Below, piece by piece: positions 9,101 through 17,344 of a DNA stretch of 24,879 nucleotides. How positions within the stretch are numbered: the first letter of the stretch is position 1; the number at the start of each line of letters is the position of its first letter. The translations under genes and the position numbers were made by a program. The notes beneath the pieces were generated by a model, which worked only from the letters and a program-made list of their open reading frames with translations, had not been told where the DNA came from and did no database searches. Source of the DNA: Gemmatimonas sp. (lineage in GTDB: Bacteria > Gemmatimonadota > Gemmatimonadetes > Gemmatimonadales > Gemmatimonadaceae); the NCBI GenBank assembly GCA_031414535.1, contig JANNVQ010000021.1:1-24879 (forward strand), given 5' to 3'.

Positions 9101-9208
9101 AGTTCCACGTTGCTCTCGCGCCTTGTGACGCCGGTGCTGTACAAGATGCTTCCCCCGACGCAGGACGAAGTGAACATGACTGGGGAATTCGCGGTGGCCG
9201 AGGCATGA
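6134..9208 (+). CDS. RND efflux permease (AcrB/AcrD/AcrF superfamily)
   Basis: 1024 aa; YPGASP, TM4 GLLVDDSIVVVENI, TM10 GIEIKSSILLVDF, RFVPIVLTS; GTGA overlap with the adaptor gene. Confidence 0.96.
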   Translation: MNIVGFSVRNRQFMLVAFIAMLAMGAFSMLTIPRAEDPTFPIPIYPIIAVYPGASPTDMEQLVVDPIEDRVRALEGLKDVKSTIEDGLAVIIPEFEVSVDADRKYDEILREVNALRSELPNDLALLQVQRINASDVNIAQFALVSETTPYHELDKAARKLRDDLARLPGVKKAEVWGYPRREARVSLDAGRLAELGIPLARVLQAIGGESLNIPGGSADAGNRRFNVKTSGGYRSLEQIRSTVIAGVPGSTVRLGDVADVAWDYEDATSTARLNGARAVWITAAMQENQNIMAVRDGLWSTADRFEASLPASISLQRPFDQSKNVEARLSRLGLDFLIAIALVILTLLPLGFRASGIVMVSIPLSLAIGVTLLKVFGYTINQLSIVGFVIALGLLVDDSIVVVENIARWLREGYSRTSAAIKATNQILIAVIGTTATLVFAFLPVLMLPGTAGKFIRSLPAAVVFTIIASLLVSVTIIPFLSAIFLKEEKDEHGNIFMRALNRGIDATYGKLLHRALAWPRRTLWIALVLFVATLGLIPSIGFSLFPKAGTPQFLVTVNAPEGSSLGLVDSAVAFAERAVLKREAVKHVYANVGRGNPKIYYNIQSLAERSTRGELFVLVDEYDSKRTPALLDSLRAEFDQYPAARIQVTEFENGPPIDAPIAMRVTGDNLDSLRAVASRVEAVLESVVGTRDVVNPLRVARTDLRLRTDRAKAGLYGVPTAEVDRAVRFGLAGLTAGRVRDTDGEEYDVTLRLPGPTRQGPEALDRIYAGSVTGAQVPVRQLASMEFETSAPVIQHYDGERAVTVTSQVRTGFNTDRVTREVLAVLDTLALPESYRITAAGEIESRQESFGGLGAAILVAVFGILAILILEFKTFRGMLIVSSVIPLGVIGGLVALWVTGYTLSFSSVIGFVALIGIEIKSSILLVDFTNQLRGEGVELSEAIEKAGKIRFVPIVLTSMTAIGGLIPLAIQGSSLYSPLAIVIIGGLVSSTLLSRLVTPVLYKMLPPTQDEVNMTGEFAVAEA

Positions 9209-9230
9209 TCACGTCAAACGGGAGTCGGTG

Positions 9231-10181
9231 ATGTCGGCATTGCATGTGGTGGTTGGAGCAGGGCAGGTGGGTGTGCCCTTGGCTCAACGCTTGTTGGCCG
9301 ATGGCCATCAGGTGCGTATGCTGCGGCACTCGGCGCGCGAGGCGGTCCCTGGCGCAGAACTGCTACGCGTGGACCTCGCGGATGCTCCCGCCGTACGCAA
9401 AGCCACGGAGGGCGCGGCGGTCATCTACCACTGCGCCAACCCGGACTACTTCACCGCTCTTTGGGCGCGTCTGCTGCCGATTTGGACGGAGTCGCTCATT
9501 GGCGCCGCTTCCGCATCCGGAGCGCGCCTCGTGGTGCTCGACAACGTCTACCCGTTTGGAGATTTGAAGGGGAAGCCGCTTAACGAAGACGCCACGATGC
9601 AACCGTCAAGCAAGAAGGGCACCATTCGTGCGCAGGTTGCGGAGCGATTCATGGCGGCTCACGCGAAGGGTGAAGCGAAGGTCGTCATCGGCCGCGCATC
9701 CGACTTCTATGGTCCTGGCGCTACGAAGAGCTACTTCGGCGATCAGTTCTGGCCCAGTGTTCTCGCGGGTAAGCCGGCGTATGCGTTGGGCAGCCTCGAG
9801 TCGCTTCATACCTACCACTACATCCCCGATGTGGTCGCGGGTCTCGCCGCACTTGGCAACGAAGCCGCCGATGTCACGGGCAGCTGGTGGATGTTGCCCT
9901 GCCAGCCGGCTGTGACGCCGCGTGCACTCGGTCTCCGCCTCGCGGCAGCCGCCGCCAAAGAGTATCGCTCGAAGCAGCTTCCTCTCTTTTTGTTTCCATT
10001 GATGGGGCTTTTCATCAAGGAACTGCCGGAGCTTCGAGAGATGCTCTACCAGTGGGACTCGCCCTTCGTGATGGACGACCGAAAGTTTCGAGCGCGGTTC
10101 CCCGAAGTGCTACCAATGGAGCCTGAAGCGGCTTTGCGAGCCACTGCCGCTTGGGCTGTGACGCATTACGCCAAGCCATGA
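9231..10181 (+). CDS. NAD(P)-dependent epimerase/dehydratase-family protein (atypical SDR)
   Basis: Rossmann VVVGAGQVG, DNVY and RASDFYGP motifs; GGAG at 9221-9224 favours ATG 9231 over GTG 9228. Confidence 0.85.
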   Translation: MSALHVVVGAGQVGVPLAQRLLADGHQVRMLRHSAREAVPGAELLRVDLADAPAVRKATEGAAVIYHCANPDYFTALWARLLPIWTESLIGAASASGARLVVLDNVYPFGDLKGKPLNEDATMQPSSKKGTIRAQVAERFMAAHAKGEAKVVIGRASDFYGPGATKSYFGDQFWPSVLAGKPAYALGSLESLHTYHYIPDVVAGLAALGNEAADVTGSWWMLPCQPAVTPRALGLRLAAAAAKEYRSKQLPLFLFPLMGLFIKELPELREMLYQWDSPFVMDDRKFRARFPEVLPMEPEAALRATAAWAVTHYAKP

Positions 10182-10198
10182 GTGCAAAGCACCCTCCC

Positions 10199-10690
10199 TT
10201 AGCTGCGCCCTTCTATGGCCTTGGTGAATCGAAGCCCAATTCCAGGTTCGCTGCGCCACAGGTACCAGCCCATGACCACCAGCGAAATAAGGTTTGCGGC
10301 TCCGATCCGCAGCCAGGTGAGGCTGGCCCAACCCGGCACGTCTTCAAACACCGACGGGAGAATCTGAAAGCCGGTCTGGAACACCACCACGAATAGCGAA
10401 AGACCAGCAAGCACCGAGGGCACGCGGCGTGACAGGTTGAGCACCGCACTGAAGACGATGCCGATTCCAAGGAACACGCTGACGTGAAGCAAGCTGTAGA
10501 TGGCGATGTTGGCCGTCGGGGTGAAACCCACACCCTTGCCGAGAACGCCGAGTAGCGTGCGTCCGAGCAGTTCCGGCGTTGCCAACGGAGTGCCGTCTAC
10601 AAAATCGAGCACGAAGAACCACAACGCGACGCTTGCAGCGCCCAACAAGCCCGTCATAATGCCGGTCCGCCATACACGCTGGGATTCCAC
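10199..10690 (-). CDS. Hypothetical integral membrane protein (about 4 TM)
   Basis: 163 aa with four hydrophobic segments; AGGAGG Shine-Dalgarno just upstream of the GTG start. Confidence 0.8.
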   Translation of the reverse strand: MESQRVWRTGIMTGLLGAASVALWFFVLDFVDGTPLATPELLGRTLLGVLGKGVGFTPTANIAIYSLLHVSVFLGIGIVFSAVLNLSRRVPSVLAGLSLFVVVFQTGFQILPSVFEDVPGWASLTWLRIGAANLISLVVMGWYLWRSEPGIGLRFTKAIEGRS

Positions 10691-10758
10691 GAGACCTCCT
10701 GAGAGTTCAGGCTGGATAAGGTGGCGCGTTCAGGCGGCAATAGCGAGCGGGTCGCGCC

Positions 10759-12042
10759 TCAGGCCACCTTGCTGGTCTTCTTCTTCAAAAAGTCCATCAG
10801 GATGAACTGCCCCAACGTCATCGTGTTCGTAAAGTACGCCCGCCCACGCGTGATGCTCGACACCATCTTCACGAACTCCACCAGCGCCGCGTCGCGCGCC
10901 AGCATGAACGTGTTCACCGGAATCCCGCTCTTCCGGCAAGCCGCCACTTCTTGCAACGTCTCCTGCAGCACGTAGGCGTCTAGCCCCATCGAGTTCTTGT
11001 AGATCTGCCCATCCGGCATCGTGAGCGCACTCGGCTTGCCGTCGGTAATCATCACTATCTGCCGCATATCCTTCTTCTGCGCCATCAACAGGCGCCGTGC
11101 GAGCTTGAGCCCCTCGGCCGTGTTCGTGTGATACGGCCCCACCTGCGCCTTGGCGAGCGCGCCAAGCGGAATCTCTTCTGCGGAATCGTGAAAGAGAATC
11201 GTCTTGATGGAATCGCCCGGGAACTGCGTAGAGATGAGATGCGTCAGCGCCAACGCGACCTTCTTGGCCGGCGTGAAGCGATCCTCGCCGTAAAGAATCA
11301 TCGAGTGCGAACAGTCGAGCATCAGCACCGTGGCACAGCTGGAGCGGTACTCACTCTGACGCACCATCAAGTCGGAGTACTCGAGGTCCATCGGCACATC
11401 GAGTGAACCCGTGCGTAGCATCGCGTTCTTGAGTGTCTCGTTCACATCAAGGTTGAGCACATCGCCAAACTCATAGGGCTTGCTGCCAGCATCGGCCTCG
11501 ATGCCCGTGGCCAGATACGGCGTATCGTGCGAACCGAAGTTGCTCTTCCCAAAGCCGCCGAGGATGCCCTTGAGCGACTTGTAGCCCAGGAAATCAATGC
11601 CCTTGGACGTGAGATCGAACTGCACGTCGTTGGCGGCAGCCTGTGCGAGGCCGCCCTTGCCGGTCACGGACTGATGCCCAGCTGGTGCCTTCGGGGGCTC
11701 GGTCGCCTTCAAGAAGCCCTCTGCCATCAAGCGCTTCACGATGTCATCGAGCAGCTGGGCCAGCTTCTCCTCGGAGATATCGTCGCCGTCGCCGCGCAAG
11801 GCCTCGAGCATCTCCGGCGTGAACTGTCCGCTCTGAATCAGTGCGTCGAGGATGGCCTGCTTGAGCGCGTCGAGCGAACGGTCGCCACTGGGTTCCTCGT
11901 CTTCATAGCCCCAAGGGTTCGCGGGCCCGCCGCCGGCGAATCCTGACTGCAGCAGGAAGTCCGCCAGATTGTCGAGCAGGGACTGGAGATCCACCGCGTC
12001 GGCGGACTCGGGGCTGAACTTCTTATAGGTGTGAAACCGCAT
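10759..12042 (-). CDS. VWA domain protein (likely AAA+ ATPase adaptor)
   Basis: MIDAS motif DCSHS, then YHTNT and ITDG; TAAGGAGG Shine-Dalgarno. Confidence 0.92.
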   Translation of the reverse strand: MRFHTYKKFSPESADAVDLQSLLDNLADFLLQSGFAGGGPANPWGYEDEEPSGDRSLDALKQAILDALIQSGQFTPEMLEALRGDGDDISEEKLAQLLDDIVKRLMAEGFLKATEPPKAPAGHQSVTGKGGLAQAAANDVQFDLTSKGIDFLGYKSLKGILGGFGKSNFGSHDTPYLATGIEADAGSKPYEFGDVLNLDVNETLKNAMLRTGSLDVPMDLEYSDLMVRQSEYRSSCATVLMLDCSHSMILYGEDRFTPAKKVALALTHLISTQFPGDSIKTILFHDSAEEIPLGALAKAQVGPYHTNTAEGLKLARRLLMAQKKDMRQIVMITDGKPSALTMPDGQIYKNSMGLDAYVLQETLQEVAACRKSGIPVNTFMLARDAALVEFVKMVSSITRGRAYFTNTMTLGQFILMDFLKKKTSKVA

Positions 12043-12056
12043 CGCGCCTCCTTAGG

Positions 12057-13031
12057 CTACTGATTAAATGCAAGCAGTGCCAGATACGTGCCGTAAGCCA
12101 ACAGGAGCATGCCGCCCTCCGCGCGTGTGACCACGGCGCGGTAGCGCATCATCGGGAAGAGCACGAACGAGAGACCTAGCATCCACCACATGTCGCTGCC
12201 GAGCATCTGGGGGGAAATGCTGAGCGGTGTCACCAGCGCCGTCACCCCAAGAATCCCTAGGACGTTGAAAATGTTCGAACCAATCACGTTGCCTAGGGCG
12301 ATCTCGCTTTGGCCGCGGCGGGCCGCGACGATGCTTGTGGCCAGTTCGGGCGTTCCAGTGCCAATCGAGACAATTGTGAGGCCAATCAGGCGCTCCGTCA
12401 TGCCAAAGGCACGGGCCAGTGAGACCGCGCCTCGCACCAAAAACTCGCCGCCAAGTACCAGTAAGGCCACTCCTCCCGCCACCAGAGCGATCGCGACGCC
12501 AATCGTACGTAAGTGAGCCTTGGGAGCACGCCGTTGCACCTCCTCGGCAATGTCTGCAGCCTCCTCGCCAGATACCGCCGAACGGCTGATCAACACGGCG
12601 TAGGATGTGAAGGCAACCAGGGCCACGACAAAGAATCCACCCTCGAGCCTGTCCAGGTACCCGTCGCGCGCCAATAGCAACAATTGGAAACTGGCGAGGA
12701 ACATGAACGGCCACTCCAGCCGTACCGCAGAGCCGTGGACGCGCATTGGGAGAATCAGCGCCGACACGCCAAGCACCGCACCAACGTTGAAGATGTTGGA
12801 GCCCACCACGTTGCCCATCGCGAGGTCGGTAGCGCCTCGCAAGGCGGCGGAGACGCTGACCGTGAGTTCAGGCAGCGAGGTACCCATCGAGACGATGGTG
12901 AGCCCAATGACCGCGCTTGAAAGACGGGCCGCCTTGGCGATGGTGACAGCACCACGGACGAGGAGATCCGCGCCAAAGCCAAGTAGGGCTATGCCACCTA
13001 CCACCATCAGTGCGTCGAGCAAGGGCTTCAT
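12057..13031 (-). CDS. yrbG: Ca2+/Na+ antiporter (CaCA family, YrbG-like)
   Basis: Two alpha repeats: GTSLPE...GNVVGSNIFN and GTGTPE...GNVIGSNIFN. ATG 13031 preferred over GTG 13055. Confidence 0.9.
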   Translation of the reverse strand: MKPLLDALMVVGGIALLGFGADLLVRGAVTIAKAARLSSAVIGLTIVSMGTSLPELTVSVSAALRGATDLAMGNVVGSNIFNVGAVLGVSALILPMRVHGSAVRLEWPFMFLASFQLLLLARDGYLDRLEGGFFVVALVAFTSYAVLISRSAVSGEEAADIAEEVQRRAPKAHLRTIGVAIALVAGGVALLVLGGEFLVRGAVSLARAFGMTERLIGLTIVSIGTGTPELATSIVAARRGQSEIALGNVIGSNIFNVLGILGVTALVTPLSISPQMLGSDMWWMLGLSFVLFPMMRYRAVVTRAEGGMLLLAYGTYLALLAFNQ

Positions 13032-13100
13032 TCCCGAAAGCTCGCCCGTGGGCACGGGTCTGTCACGGGGCTTGGTCGTCCAGCGAGATTACAGGGACCG

Positions 13101-14336
13101 ATGGCAAACGCCCAATCCCTCAACCCCTTCCGTACCCTCATCCGGTACCGGAACTTCCGCATCTTCTGGATTGGCCAGTCCGTCTCGCTCATCGGCTCCT
13201 GGATGCAGCAGATCGCCGTCGGCTGGCTGGCACTAGAACTGTCCAACGATCCCTTCCTCGTCGGCGTGGTCGCGGCGGCCGGCACGCTCCCCATTCTCAT
13301 CTTCTCGCTGCCCGGCGGAATGATCGCCGACCGCGGCGACAAGCTGCGCATCATCCGTGTTGCCCAGGCTCTCATGCTCGGCGAAGCCGCGGTGCTCTGG
13401 TGGCTCGCGTGGACCGGGCATCTCACCATCGGCTGGCTCATCACACTCACCAGCATCGGCGGCCTGCTCGCCGCATTCGAGATTCCCGCGCGCCAAGCGC
13501 TCTGGGTGCACCTCGTGGATCGAGAGGACCTGCCCAAAGCCATCGGGCTCAACTCGATGGGCTTCAACCTCGCCCGCGTGCTCGGCCCCACCATCGCGGC
13601 CATCGTGATTGCGCGCTTCGGCATCGAGTGGACCTTCGGCCTCAACGCATTGAGTTTTCTCGCCGTGCTGGCGAGCCTCGCGATGATTACGCTGCCGGCG
13701 TCTATTCGCGAGGGAGACGGCGCCAAGCAGGGGATGCGCGAGGGTCTCTTCGAGGCGCTGCGCTACGTGCGAAGCACACCACCATTGCCAGCCCTCATGC
13801 TGGTGGCGATGATCTTCTCGATTCTTGGCGTGCCAATCATCACGCTGCTGCCAGTGGTCTCGCGTGATGTCCTTGGCCTCGGCCCAGAAGGCTACGGTGC
13901 CTTGATGGCCTCGCTTGGCATTGGGGCTATGGCAGGAGCGCTCGGCATCGCGGCCACAGGTGGCGGCATGCGCAAAGGACGCACGCTCTGGTGGGCCTCG
14001 CATCTGTTTCCGGCGCTGCTCTTGGCCTTTGCCTTGACTAGCAATGTGACAATCGCCGGCCTGCTGCTGTTCGCTGTCGGCATCGCGATGATCATCAACA
14101 ACGCACTGGTGAACTCGCGCCTCCAAGAAATCGTCCCAGATGCCATGCGCGGGCGCGTGATTTCGCTCTACATCATGGTGTACATCGGCGGTTCGCCCAT
14201 TGGCAGCTTTACGGCCGGCGTGTTGGCCAAGGCATTCGGAGCTTCTTGGGCCATCGGTGGGTCTGCGAGCCTGATGCTGCTGTTTGCCGTGTGGATCTTT
14301 AGGCGCGAACGGAACCTGCACGCGGATTCGCCGTAG
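13101..14336 (+). CDS. MFS transporter (MFS_3/EntS-DHA3-like)
   Basis: RNFRIFWIGQSVSLIGSWMQ, GGMIADR, PARQA, ARVLGP and MRGRV motifs; about 12 TM. Confidence 0.92.
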   Translation: MANAQSLNPFRTLIRYRNFRIFWIGQSVSLIGSWMQQIAVGWLALELSNDPFLVGVVAAAGTLPILIFSLPGGMIADRGDKLRIIRVAQALMLGEAAVLWWLAWTGHLTIGWLITLTSIGGLLAAFEIPARQALWVHLVDREDLPKAIGLNSMGFNLARVLGPTIAAIVIARFGIEWTFGLNALSFLAVLASLAMITLPASIREGDGAKQGMREGLFEALRYVRSTPPLPALMLVAMIFSILGVPIITLLPVVSRDVLGLGPEGYGALMASLGIGAMAGALGIAATGGGMRKGRTLWWASHLFPALLLAFALTSNVTIAGLLLFAVGIAMIINNALVNSRLQEIVPDAMRGRVISLYIMVYIGGSPIGSFTAGVLAKAFGASWAIGGSASLMLLFAVWIFRRERNLHADSP

Positions 14337-14367
14337 GGCCTACATCACCCTCGGGCGGAGCTCAGTC

Positions 14368-15780
14368 TTGTTGCCACATCACCGCGCTGTTGCGGTACTC
14401 ACTTTGTCCTTCAGCGCCTCTCTCGCGAGCAGGTTGCAAGCGCAGACTCCGGACCAAGAGGCCACACGCCTCGTGCGGGCGATGGCGTCGCAGCTCCTCG
14501 AGACGGCACCTCACGCTGGACTGTCCCTCGCAATTAGCCGCGACGGGCGCACGGTCTTCGCCGAGGGATTCGGTTTCGCTGACGTCGAGCAGCGGAAGCC
14601 AGTCACCACGACGACGCGCTTCCGTGCAGCATCCGTCAGCAAAGTCATCACCGCAACGGCGCTCGGCCGGCTGATGCAGGAGCGCCGCATTGATCTCGAC
14701 GCGCCCATCCAGCGCTACGTACCAAGCTTTCCGGTCAAGGCGCATCCCATCACCGCGCGCAATCTCGCTGGGCATATCTCGGGGATGCCACACTACACGG
14801 GTTTCGAGCGAACTGAAGATCGCTTCTACCCGTCCGTAACTGATGCACTGAGCGTCTTTTCGCACCTTCCCCTGCAGTCTGCACCACGCGCGAACTACCG
14901 GTACTCCACGCACGGCTTCACGCTGCTGTCGGCGGCAATCGAAGGCGCTGCGGGCAAGCCTTTTCTTGAATATCTCGACGAGTCAGTCCTCAAGCCTCTC
15001 GGGATGACGTCCACCGCGCCGGATCTGCGGGCTTCACCGCACTCGGAGCTCAGCGCCTTCTATACCCTGCGCGAAGGACCTCTCGCGAAGCTCAGTGAGA
15101 CTGAAGACCCCAGCTACAAATGGGCTGGAGGCGGTCTCACCAGCACGCCGAGCGATTTAATCAAACTGGCGAACGGCTATCTCAACGGATTTCTAGATTC
15201 CGCCACAGTCCGAGAAATGTGGAGCAGTCAGCGGCTCGACAACGGAACCGAAACTGGCATTGGTCTCGCCTGGCGCCGGAGCTGGGATTTTGCCGGACGC
15301 CGCGTTGTGGAGCACGCGGGGTCTATGGAAGGCGCTCGCTCGGTGATCAGTATTCTGCCTGAGCAACGCATAGCGATTGCCGTGATGGCCAATCGCGAAT
15401 GGTCAAGCAATATCGAGATCACGGCACATATGTTTGCGCTGCCATTCATCGATCAGCGGCCAAAGGGCGCTGGCATTTCTGGGACGGCGGATGTGACCAT
15501 TGAGTTCGTTCCAGCTCAAGGCCCGCGACATAGTGCGTCTGGAGTGCTCACGCTGCTAAACGGACGCGGAACCCTCGTCACAGAAGGTGAGACGAACACT
15601 CTCATTCACGTCGCGGCCGGCAACGTCTACGCTCTCGTTCGACCCGCGGGCATCTACCATGCCACGCTGGAAGTCGTTGACGGCCAAATCCGCGGACGCG
15701 TGATTGCGTACGCCAGCCCGCGGAGCTCGCCGACGAATGCGAATCCGTCGGCGATCAGCTTCTCAGGTGTCCTTCGATGA
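14368..15780 (+). CDS. Exported serine hydrolase, beta-lactamase fold, LACTB-like
   Basis: SVSK, YST and HAG catalytic motifs plus SYKWAGGG; TTG start at 14368 with GGAG (14357-14360) and signal peptide ending LQA|Q. Confidence 0.88.
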   Translation: MLPHHRAVAVLTLSFSASLASRLQAQTPDQEATRLVRAMASQLLETAPHAGLSLAISRDGRTVFAEGFGFADVEQRKPVTTTTRFRAASVSKVITATALGRLMQERRIDLDAPIQRYVPSFPVKAHPITARNLAGHISGMPHYTGFERTEDRFYPSVTDALSVFSHLPLQSAPRANYRYSTHGFTLLSAAIEGAAGKPFLEYLDESVLKPLGMTSTAPDLRASPHSELSAFYTLREGPLAKLSETEDPSYKWAGGGLTSTPSDLIKLANGYLNGFLDSATVREMWSSQRLDNGTETGIGLAWRRSWDFAGRRVVEHAGSMEGARSVISILPEQRIAIAVMANREWSSNIEITAHMFALPFIDQRPKGAGISGTADVTIEFVPAQGPRHSASGVLTLLNGRGTLVTEGETNTLIHVAAGNVYALVRPAGIYHATLEVVDGQIRGRVIAYASPRSSPTNANPSAISFSGVLR

Positions 15781-17202
15781 ATGACGTAGGGCGCGGCCAT
15801 ACTGCCCGCCCTCCGAACGCGACAGCCGCCGCCGCGCCACCAAGGCCTCAAGCACCAACTCGCAGCTGCTCACTAACGCGTCATCATCATCGCTCGGCAA
15901 CGATGAGCCACGCACCAAGTCCATCAAGCCCGGCACGGCAGCAAATCCCGCCTTCGCAGCGGCCGCTGTCGCATCGTCGCTCACCTGAAGCGCCGAGCCT
16001 GTGTCGAACCAGATGATGATGTCATCGAGCGGCAACGTGGGCTCGCGCTCCTTGAGCGTGGCATCAGCCGCACGACGAATCAGCTCGCGCGCAATCACCG
16101 CACCACCCACCAGCTCGCCCTCGTACTCAAGCTCAATCTTGCCGGTGATGGCGGGCAACGCGGCGTAAAGATCCGCGATGCGTGGTACCACCGCAGGCTC
16201 GTTCAAGCGCACCGCACGACGCTCAGCGTTGGACACGACGTTCTCCAACAGCGTGATGGACAAGCGCTGCGAAACACCAGAGCGCTGGTCAATACGCTTC
16301 TCCTTGCGCGCCTCAAAGGCCACACGCTCGGCAACCTCAGCCACAATCTCCGATACTCGCACCGGCAGCCCATCACGCGCCGTCCACGCCTCTTGCTCGG
16401 TGATGGCCAGCGCCAAATCAACCGTGCTCGGGTAGTGCGTCTGGATCTCCGAACCAATACGGTCCTTGAGCGGCGTGATGATCTTGCCGCGCGCCGTGTA
16501 GTCCTCAGGGTTGGCGGTGAAGGCGAGCACGACATCGAGAGGCAGACGCACGGGATACCCCTTGATCTGCACATCGCCTTCCTGCATCACGTTGAACAGG
16601 CCGACCTGCACCTTACCAGCGAGGTCTGGCAGCTCGTTAAGCGCGAAGATGCCGCGGTGCGCACGCGGCAGCATGCCGTAGTGAATGGAGAGTTCGTCCG
16701 AGAACAGGTGCCCGCCGCGCGCGGCCTTGATGGGATCTAGGTCGCCAATCAGGTCAGCCACGGTTACGTCAGGCGTCGCGAGCTTCTCCACGTAGCGCTG
16801 GTCCGGCGCCAACCATGCAATGGCCGTGTCGTCGCCAGCTTCCTTAATGCGCTCGCGACCGAACTTCGAAATCGGATTAAACGGATCATCATTGATCTCG
16901 CTGCCCTCAATCACTGGCACCGCTGGGTCGAGTAGCGTCGTCAACGCACGTAGGATGCGCGACTTGGCCTGACCACGAGTGCCGAGCAAGATGAAGTGAT
17001 GCCGCGAGAGCAGGGCATTCACGATTTGCGGCATCACGCTGTCTTCGTAACCCACGACGCCCTTGAACAGCGGCTGGCCGTCCTTGATGCGAGCCAAGAG
17101 GTTTGAACGCAGCTCGTTCTTCACGGAACGGCCACGCTTTGGCGCGGCACCGTACTCGGAGGCGCGCAGAGCGCCGAGGGTCACAGGCAGGGACTTGGAC
17201 AC
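15763..17202 (-). CDS. AAA+ ATPase (Mg-chelatase/MoxR-related, Rv0958-like)
   Basis: Walker A GTRGQAKS, EKLATPD, DLIGDLDP, Walker B FALNELPDL, TANPEDY and LKDR motifs. Confidence 0.9.
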   Translation of the reverse strand: MSKSLPVTLGALRASEYGAAPKRGRSVKNELRSNLLARIKDGQPLFKGVVGYEDSVMPQIVNALLSRHHFILLGTRGQAKSRILRALTTLLDPAVPVIEGSEINDDPFNPISKFGRERIKEAGDDTAIAWLAPDQRYVEKLATPDVTVADLIGDLDPIKAARGGHLFSDELSIHYGMLPRAHRGIFALNELPDLAGKVQVGLFNVMQEGDVQIKGYPVRLPLDVVLAFTANPEDYTARGKIITPLKDRIGSEIQTHYPSTVDLALAITEQEAWTARDGLPVRVSEIVAEVAERVAFEARKEKRIDQRSGVSQRLSITLLENVVSNAERRAVRLNEPAVVPRIADLYAALPAITGKIELEYEGELVGGAVIARELIRRAADATLKEREPTLPLDDIIIWFDTGSALQVSDDATAAAAKAGFAAVPGLMDLVRGSSLPSDDDDALVSSCELVLEALVARRRLSRSEGGQYGRALRHSSKDT

Positions 17203-17344
17203 GGTCGGGAATTCGGGTTAGGGGTCGTCCCCCGACTAATGCAAGAGGAGGACGTATGGTTCGACCCTAGTCTTACTCTGCCTGCAGCTCCGTCGGTAGC
17301 CGGGCGTGTATAGAGTGGTTCACGAGTCGCCGATGGGACGAGGT

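Noticed and set aside
13233..14321. 362-aa antisense ORF over the MFS gene
   Set aside because: Shadow ORF expected from GC-rich codon bias; no recognisable motifs.
14284..14367. Longer start for the serine hydrolase
   Set aside because: Overlaps the MFS gene; TTG 14368 has an RBS and yields a signal peptide.
14368..15780. Class C beta-lactamase resistance gene
   Set aside because: Has YST and HAG rather than YxN and KTG.
15763..17202. True magnesium chelatase (BchI/ChlI) or sigma54 activator
   Set aside because: No photosynthesis genes nearby, no GAFTGA loop or HTH; motifs fit the VWA-associated AAA+ family.
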